Source: Octopus vulgaris
Taxonomy: Eukaryota
Direction of reading: 5' to 3'
NCBI GenBank assembly: GCA_951406725.2
Contig: OX597825.1
Coordinates: forward strand, 44,888,001-44,952,000
DNA: 64,000 nt
The first letter of the stretch is position 1. Every line of letters begins with the position of its first letter. The translations under genes and the position numbers were made by a program. The notes below the pieces were generated by a model. That model searched no databases and had not been told where the DNA came from. It was given only the letters and a program-made list of their open reading frames with translations. Below are positions 23,750 to 37,091 of the stretch, one piece after another.

Positions 23750-25640
23750 ATCCTCTCTGGTTGCAGAATTACATCAGTATATGTATATCAGCATATGTGA
23801 TTTCAAAAACATTAAGCACCTATCCTTTTTCCAGCACTTTGACAAAAGTAATGCAAATCAGTTGGTTAACCACATATGGAATTTGAAGAGTAGTTCCACA
23901 CCACATTCAATTAAGTGGAGAATCGTAGAAAAATCCAAGTTATATGTTAATGCAACTTATGTGTGGCAGAAAGATTTCATATTCTTCTGAGAAGTTCAAC
24001 ATATTACTTAATTTCAGATCTGAAGATTTTAGCAGGTACAAACACATGACCAGGTTTCTTTTCATGAATTAGAGGCCACCACCTGCACCAGAATATGTCA
24101 AAGTTTTGTGGACTTTGACATATTTTCTGTCATTTTGTTCTATACCAGCTGCATTGATTATGGTTTCTGCTACAACAATGGGATAATAGTAATACTGTAA
24201 TAGAATGGTTTAAGAATATAAAGGATAAACATAGGGTTAGATTTACTCAGTTTGATATTATAGATTTTTATTCCACTATAAGGCAACTGAGTTTACAAAA
24301 ACATATGTTGATGGACCTAGACTTTATCATGCATCTGAGAAAAATGCTTCTATTTAGTAAGGGTCCAGCATGGGTTAAAGATTTGATGTATCGATGGAAT
24401 TGTATGACAGTACTGACATCTGTGATCTTGTAAATCTTTTTATATTAAATACTTTGAGATCCAAGAAAAAACTACCTTTAGTCAATAAAGTCTCAAAATC
24501 ACTGTTACTAGTAATCTGTCAAAAGTCGATTTTTAGGTGTTTCACCAGGTCTAAAATCTCATGCTTATAAACCATACTACAAACCTAACAAGAAAATAGC
24601 CTACATACATAAACAACCCTGCTGCCTCTCTATAGTATTCAGAGACCTGATAGCTAATATAGGATATCCAATTTCTTCCTCCAAAGAAATTTTTGATGAG
24701 GCTGCCCCCTACTATAATAGTGCCCTAGCTAACAGTGGCTCCAACGATAAGATATATTACAGCCCTTCTAGTAATAATATGAATCAAAAAAATAGACTAG
24801 GACAATAATTTGGTTCGCCCCACCTTCTCCCTGAATATTAAAACTAACAAATACAGAAAGATCTTCAACAAATACTTAATTAAATTATTATATAGCTGCC
24901 ACCCCAATATGAAGATCATCATTACCCAGAGACACCATCAAGAGCCCACTCCCAGTTGCAACTGTTGAGACCTTGGAGCTTGCCCACATGACCAGGCATG
25001 CATGATAAACTCCAATGTATATGAGGCAGAAGTAACAGCAACGCTACAGGATAACCTAACCAAAAAGAAGACTTACATCGGGTGTAAGACTTACAAGGTG
25101 ACTTCAAAAGACACTATGCTGATTACCTATCTTCTTTCTGGCATGTAGACAAAAGTAAAGCTACATATGGAGCTTTGAAGACCATCTCGATGTCACATGT
25201 AATCAAGTGGAAAATCGTAGCAAAATCCATGCCAAATGTTAATGGATCTAAAAGATGCAAGTTATGCAAAGCTGATAGATCGCATATCCTTTTTAGATCT
25301 GGGAATTCCACGGCACTGCTGGATTTCAGATTGGAAATTTTCAGCAAATGCAAACACATGCACAAGTGTCTTTTGGTGAACTGGAGAACACCACCCGTTC
25401 CTGATTGAGCAGGTGTATCGCTGAATTTAGAGCCTTTCCTTTGATTCTACACCAACAAGCTTTATGGCTTTACAGTCAAAGGGGACATAACTCTAATTCT
25501 CATCTTTTTTTTAATTCACCTTTTTCTCGTGATTTCTCTTTTCCTATTGTCATGATTAGTAATAGGCCATGTGCTCAGAGACTGAAAATACTTGGAGATA
25601 CTCCACAAAACAAACTTGCCTGGACTTGTAACTCAGAAGG
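23750..25640 (+). mobile_element. Decayed PLE, probably Hydra-clade-like, with a diverged second copy of its 3' end upstream
   Basis: VIEWFKNIKDK..FTQFDIIDFYSTI and FDVSMELYDSTDICDLV (RT); IKWKIV...CKLCKADR...EIFSKCKH (endonuclease C-terminus) at 25175-25408 and again at ~23870-24090. Confidence 0.75.
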
Positions 25641-26038
25641 GGGTCTTCACCCTTCTATCCAATCTTTCAAAAGGAGTAGAGAATTAAGAAATAGTTCATT
25701 AAAAGAAATATATGCATACATGTATATAGATATTTTCTTTATTTTTAATATTTTAAAAGGTAACAAAATATTAGTAAGAAAATAAGGCACAATATTCCAA
25801 AATGCTTCTGGTAGCAATCTATCAATATTTTATATAAAGCCCCAATTTATATAAGGTACAAATTGTTTTTTATCTCTAATCTTTTCTTTTCTCTCTAGGT
25901 ACTGAAACTGAATCTAAAATAAACTTTTGTTTTTGTTTTTCTCTTTTGTTTTGTCATGTTGTTCTTTTCTAATGAAGTTTGTATCAGAAATATTCAATAT
26001 TTAAGCATGATAGAATAATGTGCTTGTCTGATTAATTT

Positions 26039-26119
26039 TCATTTCTTTTTTGTTTTCTTATCCTCCTGCTCATTCAGCACAGTTATTCCAATAATTTCTT
26101 CAATGCTGTTAATGGCCTC
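26039..26119 (-). CDS. Putative terminal coding exon of an unidentified host gene (EAINSIEEIIGITVLNEQEDKKTKKK*)
   Basis: Acceptor ttcccag, phase 0, TGA stop. In frame with exon 29728-29836. AATAAA on the minus strand at 25738-25743. Confidence 0.6.
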   Translation of the reverse strand, partial: EAINSIEEIIGITVLNEQEDKKTKKK

Positions 26120-27419
26120 CTGGGAACATGAGGAATATAAAATATCAAAATAAAATAAGAGTAAAAACAATATTTTTTAAATGACAAAAACATTTAATGA
26201 GAAATAAAGCAGTTAAAACAACAGATATCAACATTATCACACATAGTAACTATCATGCCACAAATATTATAAAAAAAAATTGTACTTGATAATTTCCATA
26301 GTTATTCAACTTGAATATTATCTAATTCAATATGCCAAGTTATCAAGGTTGTATAAAAAAAAAAAAAACACTGGTATTCGAATTGAAATGGAAGTCAACC
26401 ATTTTAAGTCTGTAACCTTTGCTTAAAGCAGTCCTGAAAAATTATCTGCTTTAAAATCAATTCAGTATAATGGAATTTCAATCTTTTTTTTAGATATTAT
26501 ATGCTTCCATCTCTGTCAGTTTAATACATTAAAATCAGATTTAAAGTTATAACAGTTATATGTAGTATTATCCACTATATAAATTTGCCAGCACATATGG
26601 ACTGTTAAAAATTTTAATATGATAATGACTATTTGAATAGCTATTCATAGCAGTGACCATCATTTGATAGTGTCTAAAAAAGATGGAATTTATACTCAGT
26701 GAGAGAAAAAAATTAAATTTAAAAAAAAGACAAAAACAAAGTTTAATCTTATGAATATTTGTTCCAAGAATAATTCTATGTCTGTTTACTTTGCTCTGAA
26801 AAATACTAATTTTTATTTTATGGATTATTATTGGAATATTTCATTTCATGCTGAAATTATTTAAATTTAAAAATAAACATCTAACAATTGATTTCAATAA
26901 ATATTATTTGTTTGTAATAATTTTTTTTTAGTTTCCTTCTACAATATATTTTTCTGTCTACCTATAACTTTTATCAATATTCACATGCTCATAATTTTTT
27001 CTATATTTTTTTCAAACAAAATCTTTCTTAACATACATTTATAAGAAAAATAATATGACGAAAGGAAAAAAAATGTTTTCCAAGAGAAATCGATGTTTAA
27101 TAACAAAGATAATTGAAAAATACTAAAAAATATTGAAAAATTCACAATCAAAACTACTGAAACCAATACAAAACACAAGTAAATTCTGGGAAACAGAAAT
27201 AAACTTGGAACATATTTTACAGTCACTATTTAATATCATTATATTAATAATGATGCATCAATATACAGTTAAGAAGTGTCAGATTAATTGTGAAGATATG
27301 ATATTCATACCCTTCTAAAGAATAAAAACCAAGTTTCTATCTCTTGAATAACAAACAGCTTAGCACTTACCACATCAAGTGGTGGTGGTGGTGGTGGGAG
27401 GAGTGGATGATTTGAAGTG

Positions 27420-27685
27420 GGAAGTATGAAGTTTGTCAATGAGAGGAGTAGATGGGATGCCAGTAGTAATTGGCACACTTGGAAGTATCAGCACTCAACT
27501 ACCAACGTGGCTCAAAAACATTGGTACTATAGTAAAGATATAACATCTACAAAAATCAGTATTGATTGGAACTGCAAGAATTTTTTGCAGGATTCTTGAA
27601 GCATGACCAGTAAACAAGAGTCACTTCAGTCTGCTGGCTGTGGACAGCTGACACTTTCCATCATACCCAGCAAAGTAATAAACTG
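27420..27685 (+). mobile_element. R4/Dong-like 3' end fragment
   Basis: MPVVIGTLGSISTQLPTWLKNIG..HLQKSVLIGTARI parallels IPIIVGALG...IQKIALQGTAHILRR at 51530-51754. Confidence 0.75.
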
Positions 27686-27689
27686 CCCT

Positions 27690-28195
27690 GATGCAATACC
27701 AATCAGTGGCTCTCATGGCTTCTGATCTTAATTAATTGGATTGTTATCATTACATGTTTTTGTCTTGGTGTAAAACATGGGCTACAGCAGATATTCTGCT
27801 CAATACCACAGATTTGCTTGTCAATTTCTTGACCTTAACCAGTTGAGTATGTCCCTTAGTGGCTAATAATGTGTGCATCTCTAATCACAAACAGGAGTAG
27901 TGGGGGAGCATCATAGCCATATGTTGAAAGGAATTCTTTGGGGATTGAATAATTCACCTCTGGAAACATGGGTGTTTTGTTCATCATCCTTAAACAACTT
28001 CTATTCAGGGATCTTTTGAGTTGGTTGGGCTACTTAACCTGAAGAAAATTCTAACAGGAACCTAGCTGCAAAGTCACATACTGTTTATCTTGATATGAAA
28101 TCAGCATGTTGTGTGCATATGGTTGTAATGCATGTGGCTGGTGTACCCATGTCAAACAGTAATCATGATGAGTATATTGGGCTTCATATATTCTA
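27690..28195 (+). mobile_element. Non-coding interspersed repeat (copy of 51895-52415 and 47352-47712)
   Basis: Shared ctgctcaataccacagatttgctt...aataattcacctctggaaacat...tgtttatcttgatatg. Confidence 0.9.
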
Positions 28196-28479
28196 GGTAA
28201 GGGGGCTAATCAATTACGTTGACCCCAGTGCCCAACAATTACTTATTTTATTGACCCTAAGGGATGAAAGGCAAAGTTGACCTCAGTGGCATTTGAACTC
28301 AGAACCTAAAGCCAGAAGAAATGCCGGCACAAAGCCAATGATCTGTAAAGGGATAGATGTAGTTAATTTCTTTTCTATATCATTAAGTGAAAGGTGGAGG
28401 GTAGTGCCCTTGACATTTGCAGGATAACCTAGTTCAGCATAGGTGATTGACGTGACGTTCAAATTAAACTTCTCCATAT

Positions 28480-29430
28480 TGTCATCAATGAGAGTGCCAG
28501 TGGAAATAAACTGCAGAGAATTGATTAGCAGCATATCTATTGCAGGAATTGGCAAATGAAGTAAAGTAGAGAAGGTAAGTGGTGACATATGTATATCAGT
28601 TGTCTTTGGGTGGAAGTAGTATGCAGTTTTCTTATTTTCAGAATCAGATACCATCATAAAACAGTAAAACAAATAGCAAAAGGAAACAACACAACTGTGA
28701 TCAAATGACAGTATTGAGCTATTGATGGAATCTTTGCAAATCAAGTGAATTGTCATGTTTAGAAGTTTCCTAAGTTATTTAGCTGTGTAGCAGCACTATC
28801 ATATGTGTGTCAAACTTGAGTTTTGTAGAGTTTCAGCTTCACCAGTATTGAAGTATCTTTTGGTGCAACACAGGATGCCTAGACTTTGGGATGCTGGTTT
28901 GGGAATGCTATAGATTATGAAGCCTAGCATTGATAAAATTTCTGAAATTTTAGTTGGGCTGTATAATAGAGAAAGTATTACAAATAAGTTTCCTTACTAT
29001 ATTTGCTGGCTGCATCTGGATGTTATTGAATGGGACAAGCTGGCCCTATTCTGAATGGAAGATGACTACTAGATCTCCCTTTAGTGTATATTTGGAGTAA
29101 GCTGTTTAGGTTATCAGAGTGTTGACTTGCATGCAAAGTGTTGAGGAGTATACATAGATGTGACAAGAATATAATTAATGAACAAAAGAAACAATGTGAG
29201 AGATGTAACAATTGAGTGTAGCAGAGTTGATGAAATGAATGATAGAGAGTATCCCCCACTGCATTAGAAAACTCTGAGATGGAACCCTTGACCTGAGATA
29301 AGTGAGCAACTTTGATAGGATGCTTTCATGGTTGAAGGCTATATTGAAGTCAAAACCAATAACATTTTTAGCTCTGTAAGGGTTATGGATTTGCATACCA
29401 AGGGAGGTAAAAGTAATCATATACTTAGCT
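28480..29430 (-). mobile_element. Very decayed CR1/L2-like LINE RT fragment
   Basis: GFDFNIAFNHESILSKL resembles the D..KAFD.V.H..LL.KL motif; weak downstream similarity. Confidence 0.45.
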
Positions 29431-29727
29431 GTCTAAAACAGATCAGAAGTGAAGCACTAAATCCAATACATAAATAGATGAGAAGGAAAGAAGACAAAGT
29501 AAGCAGGTAGGTTAACAGAGAGAAAAGTAAATAGTTGATAGATTTAAAACATATATAATCTCATTAATGTATGAATAATTTGGGGTTTTCAGTAAATTTC
29601 TTATTTATTTTAAATAAATAATTTATGTGTGATAATTTTAGTGTTTGTTCCTCATATTCATTATTTACATTCCTAAGATCTAAGTAGCATGGAATGAAGT
29701 AAATGTAAATAAACAAATAGTACCAAC

Positions 29728-29836
29728 CTTGAAATTAGTTTCTCCTTGCATGTTAGGGGATGATACTTCTTCATGTAGTGTGTTGAGGTTTCGAGCAAAT
29801 GCAGCCAAACCATTGCGTAAGTCCTTACTAATGACC
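29728..29836 (-). CDS. Putative internal coding exon ([37 protein letters not shown])
   Basis: Acceptor atatttttag, donor GTTGGT, 109 nt (phase 2 to phase 0), open frame, non-repetitive sequence. Confidence 0.55.
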
Positions 29837-30630
29837 CTAAAAATATTTCCGGATTGTTAATCGTAAAATCTGTACAAGAAAATAATGCAACAAAGCTCTG
29901 CAAATGTAATTCTCTAAAGATGATATGCACAGATAACTTTATATTAATGTAGCAACAATAGTGCTGCCACTACCATTACCACTTTATATCTATTTTCCTT
30001 TGCTGCATGGATTTAACATGTCTTCTCTAGCATAGCATCTGCCATTTAACTTTATCTAGTCCTTCATTGTCTTCACTGAGTTCACCCCACAAAGATCAAC
30101 TTTACCACTTCTTTTTGTGTCTATTCTCTTTACTCTTCCTCTTTTGCAGGTCCCTTACACCTGGATTCTTTGGCACCTCTTTACCCAACTGCTAACCTCC
30201 ACACACAATAAATATCCCCACCAGCAAACTCTTTCTACTACTTTCATAATTTAGCCCATCAGTTCGAACCTCTGTAGTTATTCCTTTCTAGAGTATTTCA
30301 GCTTTGCAGTTGATGACAATATTGTTATGTTAGTTATTTAGAATGAACCATCCAACCTTACTTGATTGACTATACAAGTGACTAGTAGAGATTACTTTCA
30401 GCATCTTAACTGGTTGATTGTCTGGCTGCTTTCTTTCTCTTCATAACCTCTAACTTCAGCTTCTTTCCTTGATATATATATATATACTTACTACCTGGTA
30501 CTGCTCTTTGCACTCACCAGTTTTCCTTTCTTTTGGGTTTGTGTTTTACTTCTTTTATGGTAATTTTCATCTGTCATAGTGAAACCTTACTACATTCATA
30601 GAAACTCACAGCTGTCATCTGTGACCTGTA

Positions 30631-31661
30631 TGAGGTTGGACTGAAAAGTTCATAGGCTGAATATGAAGGAGTGATGCTACAGCTATGAAATCTTGCATGC
30701 ATTAATTTCAACTCTTTTTTTTTTTTTTTTAATAAGTGAATTGTTTCTTTCCAGCTAAACTTACATCTAGCTATTCAAAGAAGACTTCACTAGTGAGTTG
30801 TAGTGAATTCTCTTGAAAATGGAAAAAAATTGATATCATGACGTTATCAAGTACCTGCAGAAAATGGGTTTATTCCCCCAATGACATTCATACTGACATG
30901 GCTGCTACATTAGGGGATGACACTTCTGCAAAAATAGGAGAGGAAGGGAAGCCTTGAAGACAAACCACCATATGAATGTCCTGCAACTACCACTATTGAG
31001 GAAAACATTGATCATTGCATATCCCATGAGAGAGTTGAAAATACTCTGCACAATAAACTCGGCATTAGGAAGGTTTCTGCACAGTGAGTACCTCATATAT
31101 AGACACCTGATCAGAAGCACATCAGACTGATCACATCATGGGAAAATCTGACATTATTTCAGGCAGATCCAGATGGTTTCCTTGTGTTTTCTAACCCACG
31201 ATGAGTGTTGGGTTCACTACTTTGAGCCAGAGACAAAGAGACAATCCATGCAGTGGAAACACCCCTCTTCACCTGCTCCAAAGAACTACTAAAAAGAAGG
31301 CCAAGGTCATTTCAAGCAGGGAAAGTGATGGCCTCAAGTTTTGGGGATGCAAATAGCATTGTGTTTATTGACTTCCTTCAAAAGGGCCACACCATCAATG
31401 AAGAGTACTATACAAACTTTCTGAGGCAATTACAAAAGGCTATCAAGACCAAACACCAAAGAAACGGGTCTTGTTTCATTAGGACAATACTTGGTTTCAA
31501 TAGCTGCTGTACATGACTGTGGCTTTGAACTGGTTGATCACCCTCCCTATTCTCCTGATTTGGCCCCATCTGACTATCACCTCTTCCCCAGCAGGAAAAA
31601 CCAGTATCACAATGATGATGACATCCTATTTCCTGTTGATGACTGTTTTAACCAACAGGAT
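30631..31661 (+). mobile_element. Decayed mariner, 3' end interrupted by a Gypsy LTR
   Basis: TA followed by TIR-like tgaggttggactgaaaagttc; THDECWVHYFEPETK, GKVMAS and HPPYSPDLAPSDYHLF. Confidence 0.92.
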
Positions 31662-33332
31662 TGTCAAAAATAGCATGATTTGTGTTTGTATCTAAAGTTT
31701 GTCCTCATTAGATGTTTCATTGCTCATGATTAACACTTGTCATCTTGTATGCTTTTATTGTAGCTAATACTGTGAAGTATGCTGTATTGAATGTTAAATG
31801 AAACCTATCATAAGGTCACACCTGTCTTTTGTATATTGTCTTACTTCAATTTATTTGACATTCAAAACGGAGTGGTTTCTTTGACTGGAATGCTTTGATT
31901 CTCCTGATTCTCTCGATGCTGCAAAGAACTAGAACCAATGAACTTTCAACAATTTCTTATCCTCCATTGAAGATCAAAATCCTGATAAATTCCACTTGCT
32001 GACCAATTTTGTGGCTCCGTCAGTATACAAATATATTGCAGAATGTCCTAATTATGAAACTGCTATTGAAATTCTTGAAAACTTTTATGTTAAACCAAGA
32101 AATGAGATTTTCGCTAAGCATATTCTCACTACTACAAAACAAGATCTGGGTCAAACCTTAGACCAGATTTTACAAAAGCTTAAAGGACTTTCCAAAGTAT
32201 GTAACTTTAAAACTGTTACTGCAGAAAAGAATTATGAAGACACCATTTAAGATGCATTCATCAGTGGTCTAAGTTCAAATCATATCAGACAGAGACTGTT
32301 GGAAAATAAAACTCTTGACCTTCAAAGGCTTTTGACCTGGCTTAATCTCTTGAAATGGCTTACACAACCCAAACACCCTGTGGTAGTATCTCTTTGACCA
32401 AGAATACTGAATCTGACGATATGTCATCTACAATAGGAGCAGTGAACTCCTTAAAACATTTTTTTTTGTGGTTACTCTGACCATCCTAGGTCAAAATGTC
32501 CTGCACAGAATGCCACCTGCAAAAGATGTGGTAAAAAGGGGCATTTCTTAAAGATTTGCTAATCTACGCCTAATTCTACATGGTCTGAATTTGTATCTGC
32601 CACAGATCCTCAATTGAGTATGGTTATTACTGCAGCTGCACCTACAAGCCTGTCTAAAGCTATCATCAAAATTTCCATCAATGATACTTCTATCAAAGCT
32701 CTTGCTGACACTGGAAGTTCTGAGAGCTACATCTGCTCTGATCTTGCCAAATCCCTGGAACTAAACACTTATCCTTTAGAGCCAAAGATTTTCATGGCTT
32801 CCCTGAAATTTTCAAGTGTAACAAAAGGTAATTGTTTTGTGCAACTCTGCTACCAAGGTCAAGTGTATGACAATGTAAAACTTTCCATGTTACCCGAACT
32901 GTGATCAGATGTTATACTGGGACATGATTTCTTGGACCAGCATGAAGACCTCCAGATTTCTTTCAAAGAAGAAAAGCCTACTTTTTCTGTGTGTGGAATA
33001 GCAGCAGCAATGCTTGAAGCACCATCCTTATTTCGCAACCTGGCCCTAGGCTGCAAACCAATTGCAACAAAGTCTTGTTGTTTTTCAAAGCCTGATAAAC
33101 AGTTCATTGGCTCTGAAATACAAAAACTGTTATGTGATGACATCACTGAGCTTTTCAAACTCACCCTGGACACAAAAAAAAAGGCTCATAGTTGATTACA
33201 GTCACACCATTAACCACTTGACTCAGCTCAATGCTTATCCATTGCCAAGAATCGATGAAATGGTTGAGAGCATATCAATGTATGAAATGTACAGTACATT
33301 AGAACTCCACAGTGCCTATTATCAGTTACCAA
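31662..33332 (+). mobile_element. Gypsy 5' half: LTR (31662-31860), gag, protease, start of RT
   Basis: LTR tgtcaaa...tttgaca; Zn-knuckle CKRCGKKGHFLKIC; protease ALADTGSSESYI; RT start RLIVDYSHTIN..AYPLPRID. Confidence 0.9.
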
Positions 33333-36300
33333 ATAAGGAACAATTTTCATTTTGGAATATGATAAAAAATAACAATAAAGCAGAAATTTACAAAAAATGG
33401 ATTAACTCAACACCTTTAATTTCACGCAAATTTCAAATTAAACTAATCCCAGAAGAACCAGAACAGCAAGGAAAACTTAGGGAGAAATTAGCATTAGAAA
33501 AATTAAAAATAGAAATTGAGTTACTCAAACTCAGAGCATCGAATAACGAACAAAAATACAAAAAGATTGATGAGGAAATGCACACTGAACTCACCAAACA
33601 AGCTGAGGAACAACTTTTGGAAAGTGTTATAAAACTATGGAAAGACAGCTGTGAGACGGAAGAAATAAACTCCCTGCAACGATGGGGAAACAGTATTAAC
33701 TTCTTTCTCAATTATGAAGTTCAATTTAAAAGAGACTACACTTGAGATAACCCCTTCATAAAAAAATCTAGAACAAATGCATCTACACAAATAAATGCAC
33801 ATCCACCTAGATCAAACAATCAAAATCCAAAAGAACACAAACACAGAAAAGTAACCCAGCGCCTAGAAGTAAATCATTCTCTATCTAATAACAGGAACTA
33901 CTCGCTAATTAGAAACACTAGAAGAAACCAGCCTAGAGTAAGGAGTGATAATTTTTTCTACCCAGCATCTAGAAATATATGAGACCCGCTTTACCCCTCA
34001 ATGAAGAAACAACATAATTAAGCACCCCAAAAATTCATTCCAACAAAGAAATCCTAACCACGTGCTCCCAACCAGCTTACCCAGGCAGCAACACCAACCC
34101 CTCAGCAACCCGAATATGATAAGTACTAATAATACTGATTTAATTAATAACAATAATAACACAAATAATAAATTCTACCAACCGAACTACAATCAACATT
34201 TTTTAGACCAAGTGGAGAGAAACAGGGACACACATTGGAACAAAGCGTACAGGAGAAACCCAAAGTCATTAACTTATCAAAGCAAATTCTATCCATAACA
34301 AAAATCAATATACTAGCCAAAGGTTTAAAGCTCACTCCAACCCCACGAAGAGCTAACCAAAATGAAATTAAAGACAATATTTCGGAATTCCGCAGAAAAC
34401 TACTACTCACAGAAGCACTAACTGACTACGACAATGAAGATGAATCACTAGTCAAAAACAGAAGTAATTACCTTCCACATAAGGGTAGGAATAAAACACT
34501 GGATAACTTCTGCAACCATATCCAAAATTTCCCCTACACATCCATTAAATGAAAAATTAATCCTAACCTCAACAATCTAGAATGGAAAAATCTGACTGAA
34601 CTACAAAACGACAAAGACCTGACAATTAAAGAAGCTGACAAAGGAAGTGCTGTAGTTCTGATGGACACAGAACACTATAAAAAACTAGTACTTTCCATAC
34701 TAGAAAACGAGGCCTTCTACAAAAAAGTTATAAACTATAAACAACAAAAAACAATGAAAAATCTTGCATCCTTAATTCTTCTACATGGAAAAGGCCTGTT
34801 AGAAAAAGAAACAGACTACATCACAAACTTCAAATGTAAACCCAGTCTCCCTAAAATACACAAGAGCAAGATAATCAATGAAGCCTGCAAACAATCACCA
34901 GGCAAATATATAAATATCCAAACGCCAGAAGACTTGACTTTAAGATCCATTGTAGCTGGGCCGGCCTGTGAAACCCACCAACTAAGCAATTTTCTAGACA
35001 TCCTACTGAAACCGTTGCTGAAATACATCAAAAGCTTCATTAGGGATGATTTAGACATGCTAGAACACCTACCAAAAACAATTAATGAAGAGGCAATATT
35101 GGTTACCCTCGATGTTATCAATCTTTACACCAACATCCCCCATGATTATGGAATAAAAGCAATGAAATTTTGGTTGGAAAAGTACCCCAAAGTCCTCCCG
35201 GAACACATAAACCAGATCTTTATTATTGAATCCTTAAAATTTATACTTCAGAACAATTATTTCCTATTTGATGACATATACTATTGTCAGAAATGCGGAA
35301 TTGTGATGGGGACAGAAGCAGCTCCTGTTCTTGCAAACCTAATAATGGGTTATTTTGAATTCTCCTTATATGAAGTATCACTTCAGAAATATGGTTACCC
35401 ATTTTACCTCTACATAAGAGAAAATTGGAAGAGATACCTAGATGACTGCTTTATCATCTGGAAGGAGAACATCAACAAACTTTTGGATTTCAAAACAACA
35501 CTAAATGACATAAATAGTAACATTCAATTCACAATGGAATATAACAAAGAACAACTCCCATTTCTAGACATCATGATAAAAAAAGTTAACAATGAAATAA
35601 TAACTGACATTTATTATAAACCAACTGATTCAAAACAATATCTTCTCTTTAACTCATGCCACCCAAAACACATCAAAATAAACATCCCTTTCAACTTAGC
35701 AAAACGAATCTGCACAATAATGTTGGATAGAACAACTCGAGACTTTCGTCTTCAAGACCTCAAAACAACACTTATTAAAAGACAATATCCACCCTCTCTT
35801 ATCGACGAGGGAATTAAACGTGCCAAACAATTAGACACCAAAACACTAAGAACAAAAAAACATAACACTACACCTCAACTCAAAACAGTGAGGCATTCAA
35901 CACTATTGTGCAAACTCTTCCTTTACTAACTAGAGATCCAAAAATGAACGACATCCTGAAAACACGCAAACTCATCAAATGCAAAAAACAAGATAAATCG
36001 CTAAACAAATGCGAAGTTTTACAAAACAACCACGAAACCAACGGTTGAAAAATGTGGACGCCAAAACTGTGGAACCTGCCCCAACCTGCTTGAAGGCTCG
36101 GATTTTCTTTTCAAACAAGGACAGAGGTTCACAATTAAAACTAGTTTCACTTGTGCCTCTGAGAACCTAATTTATGTAATAACCTGCTCGGGTTGTGGAC
36201 ACCACTATATTGGACAAACGAGTATAACCTTGAAAAAGAGAACCACTCTACATAAGGAGCAAATCCGTTTCCTGCAATACAAACAAATTCCTCTCAGTGA

Positions 36301-36885
36301 ACATATAGAAAAATGTGCAGGTAACATCAAACCAAATTTCACAGTCTTCCCTTTCTACCAGTGCAAAGACGCAATCTCTCAACTAGAACATTTAAATAAA
36401 GAAGCCTTTTTCATTGAAAAATACAAAACACGTCTTAATATGCACGCATAACCAACTTTTATCTTTTTATATATTTCAATTCACGATTACATTGTACATA
36501 AATCCCCTACTAAACAAGGTTTTTGAAACTTGTCTCTGTCTGTACACTTATATAATCCCCACCCATTACCGAAAGCTGAACAGTTATCTCCCTTAACCAC
36601 AACAATAACAATAATAACGACAACCAATTACCTCCCTTTATTTATCTACTTGTGAAGTCATTCACTCGTGAATTTCATCACACACAACATGGACCAAATT
36701 TCTTCTTAAGAAAAAATATATATTCAAATAAGTAAAACATAATATCATGAATAGCGATAGCGAAACCGGGCGATATATTAAAAATTATATTAAAACTATG
36801 TAAGTGTGTGTATTTTCCTTTTTTAATTTCTTATATACATTACAACTCACCATGTGGGGATAATTGAAATTCTTCTTTTCTGTTA
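33333..36885 (+). mobile_element. Near-complete Penelope-like element (Neptune-like): upstream coiled-coil region, RT, GIY-YIG, pLTR
   Basis: ORFs 34235-34552 and 34661-35929 (LDVINLYTNIP, GIVMGT, RYLDD, LPFLD, SCHPKH); linker CGRQNCGTCP; NLIYVITCSGCGHHYIGQT; terminal HHR-like motif; ends at (TAC)n(TA)n. Confidence 0.95.
36742..36776 (+). ncRNA. Minimal hammerhead, A3-U8 variant with mutated U16.1
   Basis: atatc-ATGAATA-gc gata gc-GAAA-CCGG-GC-gatat. Confidence 0.65.
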
Positions 36886-36898
36886 CTACTACTACTAC

Positions 36899-36986
<88 letters not shown>

Positions 36987-37091
36987 AGTTCAGCAAAATT
37001 TAGATTCAAATGAATATGGTACTTAAGTTAGATGCACCAGAATTTTGTATGGTGTTATCCAAATTATGTATTAATGGAAAACCTCTATTAA

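Noticed and set aside
25548-25615. ATGATTA...GAAA at the end of the Hydra-like PLE, a possible hammerhead
   Set aside because: Stems I and III cannot be formed convincingly.
29673-29930. ORF-track 85-aa ORF as the exon frame
   Set aside because: That frame ends in phase 2 at the donor and would not join the terminal exon. The alternative frame from the acceptor at 29837 does.
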